DNA of 55,360 nucleotides from Mycobacterium sp. (GTDB taxonomy: Bacteria > Actinomycetota > Actinomycetes > Mycobacteriales > Mycobacteriaceae), in contig JAQSXQ010000001.1 of assembly GCA_029256565.1 (NCBI GenBank), positions 1-55,360 of the forward strand, written 5' to 3'. The notes beneath the pieces are model-generated. The model saw only the letters and a list, made by a program, of their open reading frames with translations. It did no database searches and was not told the origin of the DNA. This document shows positions 21,001 through 29,465 of this stretch, piece after piece (within the stretch, counting starts at the first letter, position 1; each line of letters opens with the position of its first letter). The position numbers were made by a program, and so were the translations under genes.

Positions 21001-22722
21001 CTCGAGGCCGGTGCCACGCACACCTACCAGGTGCAGGTCGTCGTCTCGCTCGACACCGCGACCGTCACCCCGGACACGCTCGCGTGCCCCGAGCCCGGCA
21101 CCGGGGACACCGGCGGCCTGGCGAACGCCGGCACGCTCACGCACAACGGCGAGACGCAGGACGACGACGCGTGCGCGACCCTGCCGCTCATCGACATCAC
21201 CAAGTCCCTCTCGGGTGCGGTGACGCCGGTCGAGGGCGAGGACGGCGTGTACGACGTGGTCTACGAGGTCACGGTGACCAACCGGGGCCCCGGAGCTGGC
21301 AGGTACGACCTCGACGACGCGCTCGCCCCGGGCGAGGGCGTGACGGTCGTGGGCGTCCAGGACGTCGTCACCGACGCGCCCGCCCCGGTCGGCGTCAACG
21401 AGGAGTTCGACGGCCTCGACGACACCCGGATCGTCACGGGCCAGCCCATCGCCGGTGCCACCACCGCCCCGGTCGTGCACACCTACACCGTCACCGTGCG
21501 GTACGCCGCGGACCTGACAGACGTCGTGATCCCGGACACCGACGTGTGCACCACGGACGACGGCACCGTGCCGGGCGGCCTGAACAACGTCGCGGCGGTG
21601 GACTGGAACGGGAACGAGGGTAGCGACGACGAGTGCGTGCGTCCGGGCAAGCCCACCCTCGACAAGGCGCTGGTCTCCGCGCGACCGGCCGGCGACGGGA
21701 CGTGGGAGGTCGTCTACGACCTCACCGTCGGCAACGTCGGTCAGGAGGCCACGACCTACGACCTGGACGACGAGCTGCTCTTCGCCCCGGTCATCACCGT
21801 CGACTCGGTCGCCGTGACCGGTCCGGACGGCGTCACGCTGAACGACGGGTTCGACGGTGACACCGACCAGCGGATCGCGACCGACGTCGTGATCGGTGGC
21901 CTGGACGACGAGGGGTACGCCCCGCACGTCTACCGCGTCACCGTGATCGCGACCGTGCCGCTGCACTTCACGGACGTGGAGGCCGACGGCACGGGCTCGC
22001 CCGCGTGCACCACGGCTCCTGGTGGGAACCTCACCGAGCAGGGGCTGAACAACGCGGCGACGCTCACCGACGAGACGGGTGGGACGCAGACCGACACCGA
22101 CTGCGCCCCCGTGCCCTCCATCGACATCACCAAGACGATGGACGGCAAGCCCGTCAAGGGTACCGACGGGTCGTGGACGGTGACCTACACGATCACCGCC
22201 ACGAACGACGGCGCCGCCGCCGGGGTCTACGACCTCACCGACCGCCTGCGCTACGGCGCCGGCATCGAGGTCCGGACCGCGACGGTCACCTCCGCGCCCG
22301 ATGGCGTCACGCCGTCGAGCTCCTGGACGGGCCAGGGTGCGGAGGGTGACCCGGCCAACGTCGTGGCGACGGGCGTGAGCCTCGCCGCCGGCGCGACCCA
22401 CACCTACCGGGTGAAGGTCGTCGCGACCCTCGACACGGAGCAGGTGGACGACACCACGTTCACCTGCCCCGAGCCCGGCGCCGACGGAAGCGGCGGGTTC
22501 GCCAACACCGCGGGGATCGGTCACAACGGGCTGGCCGACGCCGCCCAGGCGTGCGACACCCCGGACAAGCCCGCTGATCCCGGGAAGCCCGGCAAGCCTG
22601 GCGGGTCGCTGGCCACGACCGGCGCGACTCTGGCGTGGGTCGCGGGCGGGGCAGCGCTGCTGATGCTGATCGGCACGCTCGCCCTGATCCTCGCCCGCAA
22701 CCGTCGCACCACCCTCAGCTGA
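15007..22722 (+). CDS. Giant sortase-anchored surface protein with DUF11/CnaB-like Ig-fold repeats (~2570 aa)
   Basis: Signal peptide ending LPAVAA. Ten ~150-aa repeats (ITKT...GDGTWTVTYD...HTYQV...GGLAN). C-terminal LATTG, TM helix and RNRR tail. Confidence 0.9.
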   Translation: MTARHARPRHRTSTWKRAVAGAVALVTAGTGVAASTALPAVAATVYELEGSWAQSTPASLETGDAVSATWWFNLNDDAAAPGNEPVENVTVTVTGQGAVFDAIPPACLTDGVDPVSSISEDGTTLVCNVGTQDEGTAFSLTTAMRVTAVSGETVSAGATIANQQTTLPELPVQNGFVQDIHWVESVSGSTRNDTSRDFTFNWTLFHGANSPAGPDTVTYNLTVANSLGATTQLGPNLCTAFQSGTASGHPWSGGTHDASRVAPFVGSCTLTRNSSTSYTLTLSGIDYSHAQVPTTDSAGNPLPTDRVAVASGQIQLRLVTTAGSGQVSVTSSAPTYTAVDGQTVGDDPANNTSAKNWVTGVWSHAWQPPYTGSSATVWSDTYRVAPESELGSVVRVIYPNVQNQASTQGGQCLVLDTRYVEFTGALTRFDNALTGEPAGLPVAYYTGTSALVNPASGSYDPNAFTCDGTTGWTTTAPADLSTVKAVRATYTMTAARWQREIALQATQRLLPGAQVGQDVWTWGSYINPSSATNAWVNPARSMSPADAGLSATLTPDARYPFAQAGRDVVRVIGVTPDVSKSVLPTSVDPGGRATYTLSYSANGTGAVAPTVDGYQLVDTLPLGASYVAGSASPEPVVATNGSGQQVLTWTLDGVPTNAPQSLSYDVEYADDVAGGERLVNTVTASAEGVQSDAATATVVVNESGLTKIIKTADQAFIPNLAGDGAGAGSWTVLVRSEDPLAQEFVDVIDILPYVGDGRGTAFSGSYQLDGPVTSSIGGTVYYTTADPATLTDDPADATNGAAGDVAGNTVGWSTTYTADATAVRVITGTLPSRGEFTIDVPVVTDGMVGGDVLVNRSQGRAENTRLVMRTSASTSIANYYSASLKKYVQDADGEWRDANDPLDYPQFRVGDTVRYRIVVENTGQGTLTNVAVSDDLQPELGSFTIESLAPGATESHEFEIVLTEPVADSVVNTACADADVPADSGVEPTINCDPAGFTVVGTPTHTKEIVSATPVGDGQWEVVYEVVVSNTQTPSTTYSLTDALHFTDQATIVSATVTQAPDGVVLADPAWDGQENLTIASDVPLAGNDDEGYAPHVYRVTVLADVPLQLDGAGPGTDAPTACPAEGSDANQGFNNTSQLTGPEGEIEEDQACAPIPSIDITKTVSAGPTPNGDGTWTVTYDVVATNSGAADGTYEVTDRMTADGDLEVRSGSVVTAPDGVTPNGSWTGLGAEGAPENVIASGVVLPAGGTHTYQVDVVLGLVPGTEGAPVITDCAAVGEGGPGGLSNAAGVEHNDLTDSAEACVTVGVVTVDKSISAGPTPNGDGTWTIVYDLVAENVGAAAADYDLSDRLHYAEGIEILDTAVVTSPADVETNASWTGLGDEGTAENVVASGVELAAGGSHTYQVEVTVQLDEATIDPANLQCPPPGSGENGGLANSTSLTSNGIVAEDDVCASLPLIGIAKSISDGPTGNGDGTWTITYDLVATNTGQAAGDYDLVDELLYGEGIVVESAAVATAPEGVEPNAGWTGRGESGAEENVVATGVTLEAGGTHTYQVQVVVSLDAASVTPDTLACPEPGSGESGGLANSTELTHNGETQGDDVCATLPLIDVTKTVSEGPTPNGDGTWTVTYDVVATNSGQADGTYDVTDRMTADGDITVVSGAVVSAPEGVTPSTTWTGLGAEGAPENVIATDVNLPAGESHTYQVQVVISLAEGSEGAPAVSDCAAPGTGEDGGLSNSAGIDHNGIPGSDEACVTISAITVDKTISSGPTPNGDGTWTIVYDIVAENVGGASGEYDVFDRLHYGQGIEILDAAVTTAPDGVETNAEWTGLGAENSSPENLVASGVELAAGASHTYQVEVTVQLDEATIDPVVLQCPPPGSGENGGLANSTGLDHNGILVEDEVCASLPLIDFAKSISAGPTGNGDGTWTITYDLVASNAGQAAGDYDLVDQLLYGEGIVVESATVSTAPEGVEPNAGWTGRGGTGSEENVVAAGVTLEAGATHTYQVQVVVSLDTATVTPDTLACPEPGTGDTGGLANAGTLTHNGETQDDDACATLPLIDITKSLSGAVTPVEGEDGVYDVVYEVTVTNRGPGAGRYDLDDALAPGEGVTVVGVQDVVTDAPAPVGVNEEFDGLDDTRIVTGQPIAGATTAPVVHTYTVTVRYAADLTDVVIPDTDVCTTDDGTVPGGLNNVAAVDWNGNEGSDDECVRPGKPTLDKALVSARPAGDGTWEVVYDLTVGNVGQEATTYDLDDELLFAPVITVDSVAVTGPDGVTLNDGFDGDTDQRIATDVVIGGLDDEGYAPHVYRVTVIATVPLHFTDVEADGTGSPACTTAPGGNLTEQGLNNAATLTDETGGTQTDTDCAPVPSIDITKTMDGKPVKGTDGSWTVTYTITATNDGAAAGVYDLTDRLRYGAGIEVRTATVTSAPDGVTPSSSWTGQGAEGDPANVVATGVSLAAGATHTYRVKVVATLDTEQVDDTTFTCPEPGADGSGGFANTAGIGHNGLADAAQACDTPDKPADPGKPGKPGGSLATTGATLAWVAGGAALLMLIGTLALILARNRRTTLS
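18478..21186 (+). repeat. Tandem duplication of a three-domain block (period ~1353 bp)
   Basis: Identical anchor CCGACGCCGAACGGTGACGGGACGTGG at 18511 and 19864. Domain order B-C-D-B-C-D. Confidence 0.85.
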
Positions 22723-22725
22723 GGT

Positions 22726-22761
22726 GCGGTCGGTCGCCCCGGCACGGGGGCGACCGGCCGC
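22726..22761 (+). terminator. Stem-loop after the surface-protein gene
   Basis: GCGGTCGGTCGCCCC-N6-GGGGCGACCGGCCGC. Confidence 0.7.
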
Positions 22762-22961
22762 TCACCGGCTGATGTCGTGTGACCCACCGTGAGACCTCGC
22801 CACTACAGCGGGCGGGCCTCATCCGACAGCCGGGTCGTGATCGCCCCTCGATCACGACCCGGGTTCCCCAAAGTGGTGGCGGCCCGGCACCTGAAGCAGA
22901 CCGGGCGCCGGACCGCCACCACAGCCACCGTCGACGCGCACCTTCTGCCTGCGAGGTCACC

Positions 22962-23528
22962 ATGCACCGTGACGTCCACCGCATCATCGTCCCCACCCTG
23001 TTCGGCTACGCCACCCTCATCCGCGCCAGAGACACCCACCCCCCCCTGGGTCTCGGCGGGCCCTTCGATGAGGATGCCCACTTGTTCGGTGGGACCACGC
23101 AACGCATCGATACAGTCCTGCCCCCGGACATCACCACTGACGAGCTCCTGGACTTCCACGCCCGGCTCCTGCTGCGCCCCGCCCACCGACGCCGACCCCG
23201 GACCGCGGCGGCCGCCGTCGGCCGCTGCCGGATGCTGAACCACGCCGTCGACGTGCGCACCACTACGGCCCTGACCGTGCACCGGTTGTGCCCGGCGCCC
23301 ACGCCGCGCGACGTCGTTTTCGCTGCGTTGGTGCGCGCCATGCGCCGCGCCGACCACTCCCACCTCACCAAGAATCAGGAAGCCCTCGCCCGCCAGCTCG
23401 TGTGGTGCGCCATCTACGCCGCACGCGACCACCACCTGGCCCAGGTCCTCGACGCCGCGACGGCCCTGCGCCACCTGACCCTTAACCAGCACGCCGGCAC
23501 CACGACCGACGCCCTCGACCAGGCCTGA
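22962..23528 (+). CDS. Hypothetical protein
   Basis: ATG after GAGG, C-rich third codon positions, no recognisable motif. Confidence 0.5.
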   Translation: MHRDVHRIIVPTLFGYATLIRARDTHPPLGLGGPFDEDAHLFGGTTQRIDTVLPPDITTDELLDFHARLLLRPAHRRRPRTAAAAVGRCRMLNHAVDVRTTTALTVHRLCPAPTPRDVVFAALVRAMRRADHSHLTKNQEALARQLVWCAIYAARDHHLAQVLDAATALRHLTLNQHAGTTTDALDQA

Positions 23529-23795
23529 CCACCGAGTTGATGAACCCGCCGGTGAACACCGGGTTGGTGAAGTTGTGCCGTGCCTCGTATCACAACACCG
23601 CACCGAGCCCTCTCTCGACCTGCGACAACTCATCGACCGGCCACCGGGACATCCCTGGACGCTCGTCCGACTGCGTACAGTTCGGAGCACGGTGAGCCAG
23701 ACCACCGGCACGCGCCGCACCCACCGGTAACACCTTGCCTGCAGGTGTGGCGAGCGGTCGTCGTGTGGACGGGACCGGGCGAGCACAACCGGGGC

Positions 23796-24113
23796 ATGGA
23801 CAGGATCTGCCATCGCTACGATGGCGACCTCTGGGGGAGGGGGCAGGTGGGCGAACAGTTCGACCTCAGCGCATACATCGACTCGCTCGGCCCCATGACT
23901 GCCGAACAACGGGTCATCATCGACGACGCGATGACCTTGGTCGCCCGACAAGGCGGCAGCGGTAGCACCGCGTTCCTGCGCGACACAGCCCTCTACGTCA
24001 CCACCCTCGTCCTCGTCGGCGACGTCACCACCTTCGACGACGAGGACACCTGGCACCTCATCGACACCCTGCGCCACAAGCACCACGGCGGTGACCCCGG
24101 CCTCACGAGTTGA
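23796..24113 (+). CDS. Hypothetical protein
   Basis: Natural composition and codon bias (FDLSAYIDSLG...WHLIDTL). Start uncertain. Confidence 0.5.
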   Translation: MDRICHRYDGDLWGRGQVGEQFDLSAYIDSLGPMTAEQRVIIDDAMTLVARQGGSGSTAFLRDTALYVTTLVLVGDVTTFDDEDTWHLIDTLRHKHHGGDPGLTS

Positions 24114-24172
24114 CGATCCCCGGGCGGCTTCGTGCAGCCCGCGAACGCCTGCTGGGTCGAGTTCAGTCAACA

Positions 24173-24788
24173 GGCCGCGCGGCCACGTCCGTCCAGGACG
24201 ACGGCGCACGCATCTGGGCCCGCCGCGGCACCGACCTGACGTCGACCTTCCCCGAGATCACCGGCGCACTCGAAGCCCAGCTCGACCCCGGCGTCGTCCT
24301 CGACAGCGACCTCGTCGTCTGGCAGGACGGCCGTCTCGCGTTCGAGGCGCTGCAAGAGCGCATGGGCCGCCGTCCACGTACCGCGGCGGCCGCCGCTCGT
24401 GGCTCGAGGTGATGCACCGCTCGACCGTCGACGTCGTGTGCGACGCGGTGACCGGCACCCTGTCCCGGCCGCAAGAGATCGTGGCCGGCCTGCCGATCGA
24501 CGGCGATCTCCGGATCGTCGGCCGCACGGCGCCGCTGACGGTGCGCGTCGCGCGCTGGCGCCGCTGCTACGCCGGCCCGTGGGGGAGCATCCCTGGCCGG
24601 CGCGCATCTCGCCTGGGACGTTCGGCCGATTCAACGCCCGGACGGCGCCGATAGACCTCACCCTCGTCGAGCCGTTCGTGGGCGAGGTCTCCGCCGACGT
24701 CGCGTGGTCCGGGAAGTCCTGGCGCCACCCGCTGTGGTTCGTTCGCTTACGTCCGGACTTGGATCCCGAAGAGGTCTCCCGCGCCTGA
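24173..24788 (+). pseudogene. ATP-dependent DNA ligase (LigC-like), frameshifted and deleted C-terminal part
   Basis: Pieces in three ORFs: GARIWARRGTDLTSTFPEI...VVLDSDLVVW..GRLAFEALQERM; HRSTVDVVC...IVGRTAPL; LVEPFVGEVSADVAW..SWRHPLWFVRLRPD. Confidence 0.8.
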
Positions 24789-24852
24789 CGTACCAGGGCA
24801 TGAGAGGCCGCGTGCCCCGTGCGGGACCGCGCTGTGCGGTGACGGAAGTGAT

Positions 24853-24915
24853 GCTGCGGGGCGGTCAGGCAGGGCGGAGCTGCGGGGCGGTCAGGCAGGG
24901 CGGAGCTGCGGGACG
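24853..24915. repeat. 26-bp tandem repeat (2.5 copies)
   Basis: GCTGCGGGGCGGTCAGGCAGGGCGGA at 24853 and 24879, partial copy at 24905. Duplicates the 3' end of the adjacent gene. Confidence 0.8.
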
Positions 24916-25838
24916 GTCCACGAGCCATCGAGCACTTCGGCTCGAGGGCGGTAGAGGCGGACGAGGAAGTTCCACGGCTCGGGAACGGGGATGGTGTTCG
25001 GCTCGTCGCCAAGGTCGCCGGGCGGCGCGAACCGTACGGTGACCGCACCGTCGGTGTCCGGGACGGCAGTGACGCTGTTGACGCTGTAGATGCCTTGGGG
25101 GTTCGGCACGAAGTAGCCCTTGGCGTTGTACACCGAGACGGACCAGAAGGCGTCGACCGGGACGTCGCGCAGCGTCAGCTCGTATCGACCGGGCGGTACC
25201 TGCGGGTTGACGCCGACGTACGACGCCTCCGTCGTGGGTAGCCCGCCCCAGCCTGCTGCGGTCCCGATGAGGTGCTGCACGGGGTCGATCTGCTCACGCG
25301 TGCCGAACATGTGGTCGTACCGGCGCAGGCCGGCGGCGAGCACGAGCAACGCGTCCCGGGTGGTATCCAGGCTCGCCGTGTCGTACTCGGGTGAGGCGAA
25401 CGGCTCCGCCGACCCCGCGGTGAGGCGCACGCTGTCCTGGATGGCGGCCACGGCCGCGAGGTCGTCGGGGTCGGCTGGGTCGACGAGTGTTCGCACGGCC
25501 AGGACGGCGTGGCGGGTGCCCACGGTCTCGGCGTCGAGCTCGTGCTCGCCGGCTGTGTGCAACACCTGCGCGACGAGGTGGTCGTTGTCGAGCACCATCG
25601 CGGACAGGTAACGACTCCCGGCGTCCGGCAGGGTGAGCGTGGCCCCGCCCGCGAGGTCGACGACGGCGAAGCTGTAGAGCGTGTCGCGGTTCATGCGCAC
25701 GACCGTCTGCCGGTCGACTGATGCGGGCTCGCGGTTGTGCAGGAACCGGTTGATCCCACCGGCGTCTCGCTGCAGGTCGGCGAACATTCGATCGGTCTCG
25801 GCGCGAACGAACGTGTCAGCGTCGACCTGCTCAGCCAT
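24891..25838 (-). CDS. DUF1254/DUF1214 domain protein
   Basis: VVRMNRDTLYSFAVVDL, DAFWSVSVYN, WNFLVRLYRP. AGGAGG RBS. Confidence 0.88.
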   Translation of the reverse strand: MAEQVDADTFVRAETDRMFADLQRDAGGINRFLHNREPASVDRQTVVRMNRDTLYSFAVVDLAGGATLTLPDAGSRYLSAMVLDNDHLVAQVLHTAGEHELDAETVGTRHAVLAVRTLVDPADPDDLAAVAAIQDSVRLTAGSAEPFASPEYDTASLDTTRDALLVLAAGLRRYDHMFGTREQIDPVQHLIGTAAGWGGLPTTEASYVGVNPQVPPGRYELTLRDVPVDAFWSVSVYNAKGYFVPNPQGIYSVNSVTAVPDTDGAVTVRFAPPGDLGDEPNTIPVPEPWNFLVRLYRPRAEVLDGSWTVPQLRPA

Positions 25839-26114
25839 GAGTGCCCTCCTCGGACGCTGGCCACCACGCAGGTGACGTCGTGCACCAGGTACGAGAAGCG
25901 AACCACTCCGCCCCCAAGGGAGCGACCGGAACCAAGCCGACAGACGGGCGGCCGGTACCAGCGCCACGGCGGGCAGTACCGACGGTCATCGATATTGGAC
26001 GTTGCCAGGTCCGAGACCCGAAGTGCCAAGGTGCGCGACCACGGGCCGGGCGTCCCAGGGAACCAGCGTGCGGGTGTTCGAGCGGTTCTACCGCGCGGAC
26101 TCCTCGCGCAACCG

Positions 26115-26362
26115 CTGACGTACCCGACTCGGCCAGTGCTCGACGTTCTCCCGCAGTTCCGCCGCGATGCGAAGAACGGATACAACCTGTTCCAGACCGG
26201 TTCGACCGGTTCGTCGCGGAGCAGTACGCCGCTGGCCGGTCGCTGCGCGAGATCGGGGAGCTGGCGGGGCGCACGCAGACGGCGGTGCGTCGCAGCCTGG
26301 ACCGCACGGGAACACCGCGGCGCGGCCGTGGTGCCCAACCGGTCGGACAGGAGCGCGCGTGA
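26115..26362 (+). pseudogene. Frameshifted paralog of the HTH gene at 11943-12191
   Basis: YPTRPVLDVLPQFR.DAKNGYNLFQ, then a 4-nt deletion, then DRFDRFVAEQYAAGRSLREIGELAGRTQTAVRRSL. Confidence 0.8.
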
Positions 26363-26371
26363 CGTCGCTTC

Positions 26372-26536
26372 GCACGGCGACCTTCGCTACGCCACCAACT
26401 GCTGCGGCAACGACTGCTTCTCGTCCTCGTTGAGCGTCACGGGCTCGATGATCTCGGTCACTCTGCCTGCTTCCCGCCGAGCCTCTGCTCGGCGTGTCAG
26501 GCCAAGACCCACCCACCGTTATTGAGACAGACCCTC
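26372..26536 (-). mobile_element. IS256-family left-end remnant
   Basis: Minus strand begins GAGGGTCTGTCTCAATAACGGTGG, recalled as IS256-like in actinobacteria. Followed by a truncated transposase-like start VTEIIEPVT...QQLVA*. Confidence 0.5.
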
Positions 26537-26628
26537 CGGATCGGTCGGGGTCGTGGAGTCAGTCGGTGTCGGGTTGATCGGCTCATCGGCCGCTGGTGCG
26601 GGCGGCCCTTGCTGATCAATGACCAACA

Positions 26629-27204
26629 TCAGGCACCGAGGCGCCTGGCGCGGTGCATGCTGTGGACGACCGGGCCGTCGACGATCTGGGTAGTCGCGGT
26701 CCGCACGAACCCGAGACGCTCGTAGAAGGTCAAGTTGCGGGCGTCCGAAGTCTCGAGGGCGACGGCCGGTGCGCCGTGAAGGTCGAGCTCCCTGAGGGCG
26801 GCCCGGCACACCGCGGTGCCGAGCCCGGTGCCCTGTCGCGACGGCGCGACCCCCACCGTCGCGAGCACCCAGGCGTCCGGGCGGGGCGGCGGGAGTTCGG
26901 CGGCGGCCACGGCGTGCAGGCGCGGGCCGTGCAGCGCGGCGATGTGCTCCTGGACGTTGGCCGGGGGAGCGGGCGCCTCGGGCGGCATGAGCGCGACGGC
27001 GGCGTCCGCCGGCTCGTGGACGACCACGATCCCGTGCGCGAGGGCGTGCTCGAGGTAGATCTCCTGGAGCGCGGCGAGCCGCTCGGCGTAGCCGTCCTGC
27101 GGGACGGCCCAGCGGGTCCAGGGGTAGTCGTGGAACGCGGCGGCGAGGGTGCGGGCCGCGGCGGGGACGTCGGCGGCGGTGGCTCGACGGAACGTCGGCG
27201 TCAT
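26629..27204 (-). CDS. GNAT N-acetyltransferase (puromycin-acetyltransferase-like)
   Basis: LAAAFHDYP, VGVAPSRQGTGLG (acetyl-CoA motif A), NLTFYERLGF. Confidence 0.9.
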   Translation of the reverse strand: MTPTFRRATAADVPAAARTLAAAFHDYPWTRWAVPQDGYAERLAALQEIYLEHALAHGIVVVHEPADAAVALMPPEAPAPPANVQEHIAALHGPRLHAVAAAELPPPRPDAWVLATVGVAPSRQGTGLGTAVCRAALRELDLHGAPAVALETSDARNLTFYERLGFVRTATTQIVDGPVVHSMHRARRLGA

Positions 27205-27542
27205 GGTGCGGTGCCTCTCGGGGTCGGGTCGGGCTGCGGCTCGATCGCGCCGGTGCGGGCGATCTGCTCGAGGGTGCGCACGTGCTGCCGGAACGCGTCG
27301 AGCCCGCGGTCGCTGATGCGGACCCACGTGCGCGTCCGGCGCCCGGCGGCCTCCTTGCGGATCTCCACGAGGCCCGCGTCGGAGAGGGCGGTGAGGGCCT
27401 GGGACAGGGACGAGTCGCTCAGCTCGACCAGGTCGGCCAGGAAGCGGAAGTCCGCGCTCTCGACGTTCGCCAGGGCGGCGAGGATCGAGAAGCGCACGGG
27501 CGAGTGGATGAGCGCGTCCAGGCCCTTGCGCGGGTGGCTCAC
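27201..27542 (-). CDS. Winged-helix regulator (HTH_34, MarR/ArsR-like)
   Basis: LDALIHSPVRFSILAAL...LSDSSLSQALTALSDAGLVEIRK. Overlaps both neighbours. Confidence 0.85.
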   Translation of the reverse strand: MSHPRKGLDALIHSPVRFSILAALANVESADFRFLADLVELSDSSLSQALTALSDAGLVEIRKEAAGRRTRTWVRISDRGLDAFRQHVRTLEQIARTGAIEPQPDPTPRGTAP

Positions 27543-27964
27543 CGGCGTGCGCTCGCGAACGCGCACGCCGCGAACGGGGAGGCGGCGACGACGCCGGCGA
27601 GGACCCACCAGGCCGGCGACGCCGCGCCGACGAGCTGGAGCGCCGGGTCGAGCATGACGAAGTACAGCACCGCCCAGGTGGTCAGCGCGATGCCCATGTC
27701 GCGCGCCCAGTGCCGCGGGGCCGCCTGGTGGTTGCGCGCGACCGCGGACCACAGCAGGGCGAGAACCACGACGAGCACTGTTGTGGCGGGCCACCACGGT
27801 GCGTCGAGGACGTCGATCGCGATCGTGTACGCGAGGGTGGCCACGGCGTGCCCGACGCTGAGCCAGGGGTACCAGCGGGTCGCGCGGTGGGCCTGGGCGG
27901 CGACCTCCTCCGCGTGGCCGAGCTGACGACGGGCCTGCTCCGGGGTGATGGAGTTCTGGATCAT
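27539..27964 (-). CDS. Four-TM membrane protein
   Basis: Four hydrophobic segments. TAAAAT 6 nt before the ATG suggests a leaderless transcript. Confidence 0.7.
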   Translation of the reverse strand: MIQNSITPEQARRQLGHAEEVAAQAHRATRWYPWLSVGHAVATLAYTIAIDVLDAPWWPATTVLVVVLALLWSAVARNHQAAPRHWARDMGIALTTWAVLYFVMLDPALQLVGAASPAWWVLAGVVAASPFAACAFASARR

Positions 27965-27982
27965 GCAATCATTTTAGCATCC

Positions 27983-29425
27983 TTAAAGTGCTTGCAGTCC
28001 ACCCGGCGCGGTCTCCTCCCGCATCTCCTCGAGCGGGCGGTTCGCCGTCTCGGGCAGCGCGCGGAGCACGAGCACGAACGACGCGGCCGCGAACACCGCG
28101 TAGAGGGCGTAGCTGCCGGGGAGCGACAGGTCCCGGAGCGAAGGGAACGTGAGGTTGACGGCGATGCCCGCCGCCCAGTTCGCGGCGGCGGCGAGCGAGG
28201 CGGCGCGGGCGCGCAGCAGGTTGGGGAACATCTCCCCGACGAGGATCCAGATCACCGGGCCCCAGGAGACGGCGAAGGCCACGACGAAGACGTTCGCCGC
28301 GACCAGGGTCACGACGCCCCACGCGTCGACGAACACGACGCCGTCGGCGGTCTGTCGGGCCTGGGCGAACCCGGTCGCCATGACGGCCAGGGCGACCGTC
28401 ATGCCCACCGACCCCACGAGCAGCAGGCGACGCCGCCCCACGCGGTCGACGAGGAAGATCGCGACGACCGTCGCCGCGACGTTGACGAGCGACGTGAGGG
28501 CCGAGAGCCAGAAGGCCTGCTGCTCGCCGAAGCCCACCTGCGCCCAGAGCGACGTCGAGTAGTAGAAGATGACGTCGATCCCCACGAGTGCCTGGAGCGC
28601 GGCGAGCGCGATCCCCAGCCAGACGATGGGCTTGAGGCGGCCCGGGCCGGAGAAGAGGTGGGACCACGCCGGCCGCGCCTCGTGGAGCGTCCCCTCGATG
28701 GTCGCGACGCCCAGGAGCGCGTCGCCCTCCGGGACACGGTGGAGGCGCCGCAGCGTGCGGGCGGCGCCGTCCCGGTCGCCGCGCATCACGAGGTACCGCG
28801 GCGACTCGGGCAGCAGGACCGCCGCGACCACGTACGCCATCGACGGCACGACCGCGACGAGGAACATCCACCGCCAGGCGGGCAGGCCGAGGGCCAGCTC
28901 CGCCTCGGCCCCTCCCGCGGCGCGGACGAGGAACGCGTTCGAGACGAGCGCGGCGAAGATGCCCAGGACGATCGACATCTGCTGCGCCGTCGCGAGCCGC
29001 CCGCGCAGCCGGGCGGGCGCGATCTCGGCGATGTACAGCGGGGCGACGACGGACGCCATCCCCACCCCCACGCCCCCCAGGAAGCGCCACAGCGCGAGGG
29101 TCGGGCCGTCGTGCGCGACGGCGCACAGCACCGACGTGGTGACGAACAAGGTCCCGGCGACCATCATGAGGCGCCGTCGTCCGAAGCGGTCCGCGATCGT
29201 GCCCGCGGAGAAGGCGCCCACCGCCGCGCCGAGGAGCGCGCTCGCGACGATCACGCCCACGAGCGCGCTCCCGACGCCGAGCTCGGCCTTGAGGGCGTCG
29301 ACGGCGCCGTTGACCACGGCCGTGTCGAAGCCGAACATGAACCCGCCCAGCGCCGCCCCGACGGTCGACGCGACCACGAGCGGGGTGAGGGCGCCGTGGC
29401 CGAGGCGGCCCGTCGCGGCGTTCAC
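27983..29425 (-). CDS. Sugar porter family MFS transporter
   Basis: FGFDTAVVNGA, ADRFGRR, PLYIAEIAP..RG, PESPRYL, SWGPVIW..GEMFP, PET. Confidence 0.95.
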   Translation of the reverse strand: MNAATGRLGHGALTPLVVASTVGAALGGFMFGFDTAVVNGAVDALKAELGVGSALVGVIVASALLGAAVGAFSAGTIADRFGRRRLMMVAGTLFVTTSVLCAVAHDGPTLALWRFLGGVGVGMASVVAPLYIAEIAPARLRGRLATAQQMSIVLGIFAALVSNAFLVRAAGGAEAELALGLPAWRWMFLVAVVPSMAYVVAAVLLPESPRYLVMRGDRDGAARTLRRLHRVPEGDALLGVATIEGTLHEARPAWSHLFSGPGRLKPIVWLGIALAALQALVGIDVIFYYSTSLWAQVGFGEQQAFWLSALTSLVNVAATVVAIFLVDRVGRRRLLLVGSVGMTVALAVMATGFAQARQTADGVVFVDAWGVVTLVAANVFVVAFAVSWGPVIWILVGEMFPNLLRARAASLAAAANWAAGIAVNLTFPSLRDLSLPGSYALYAVFAAASFVLVLRALPETANRPLEEMREETAPGGLQAL

Positions 29426-29465
29426 GGCGTGCTCCGGCGGAGGGTCGTCGGGGTGGAGGTCTGCG

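Noticed and set aside
18000-22560. Repeats in the giant gene as a DGR or CRISPR feature
   Set aside because: They are in-frame domain repeats. There is no reverse transcriptase and no adenine-specific variation is apparent.
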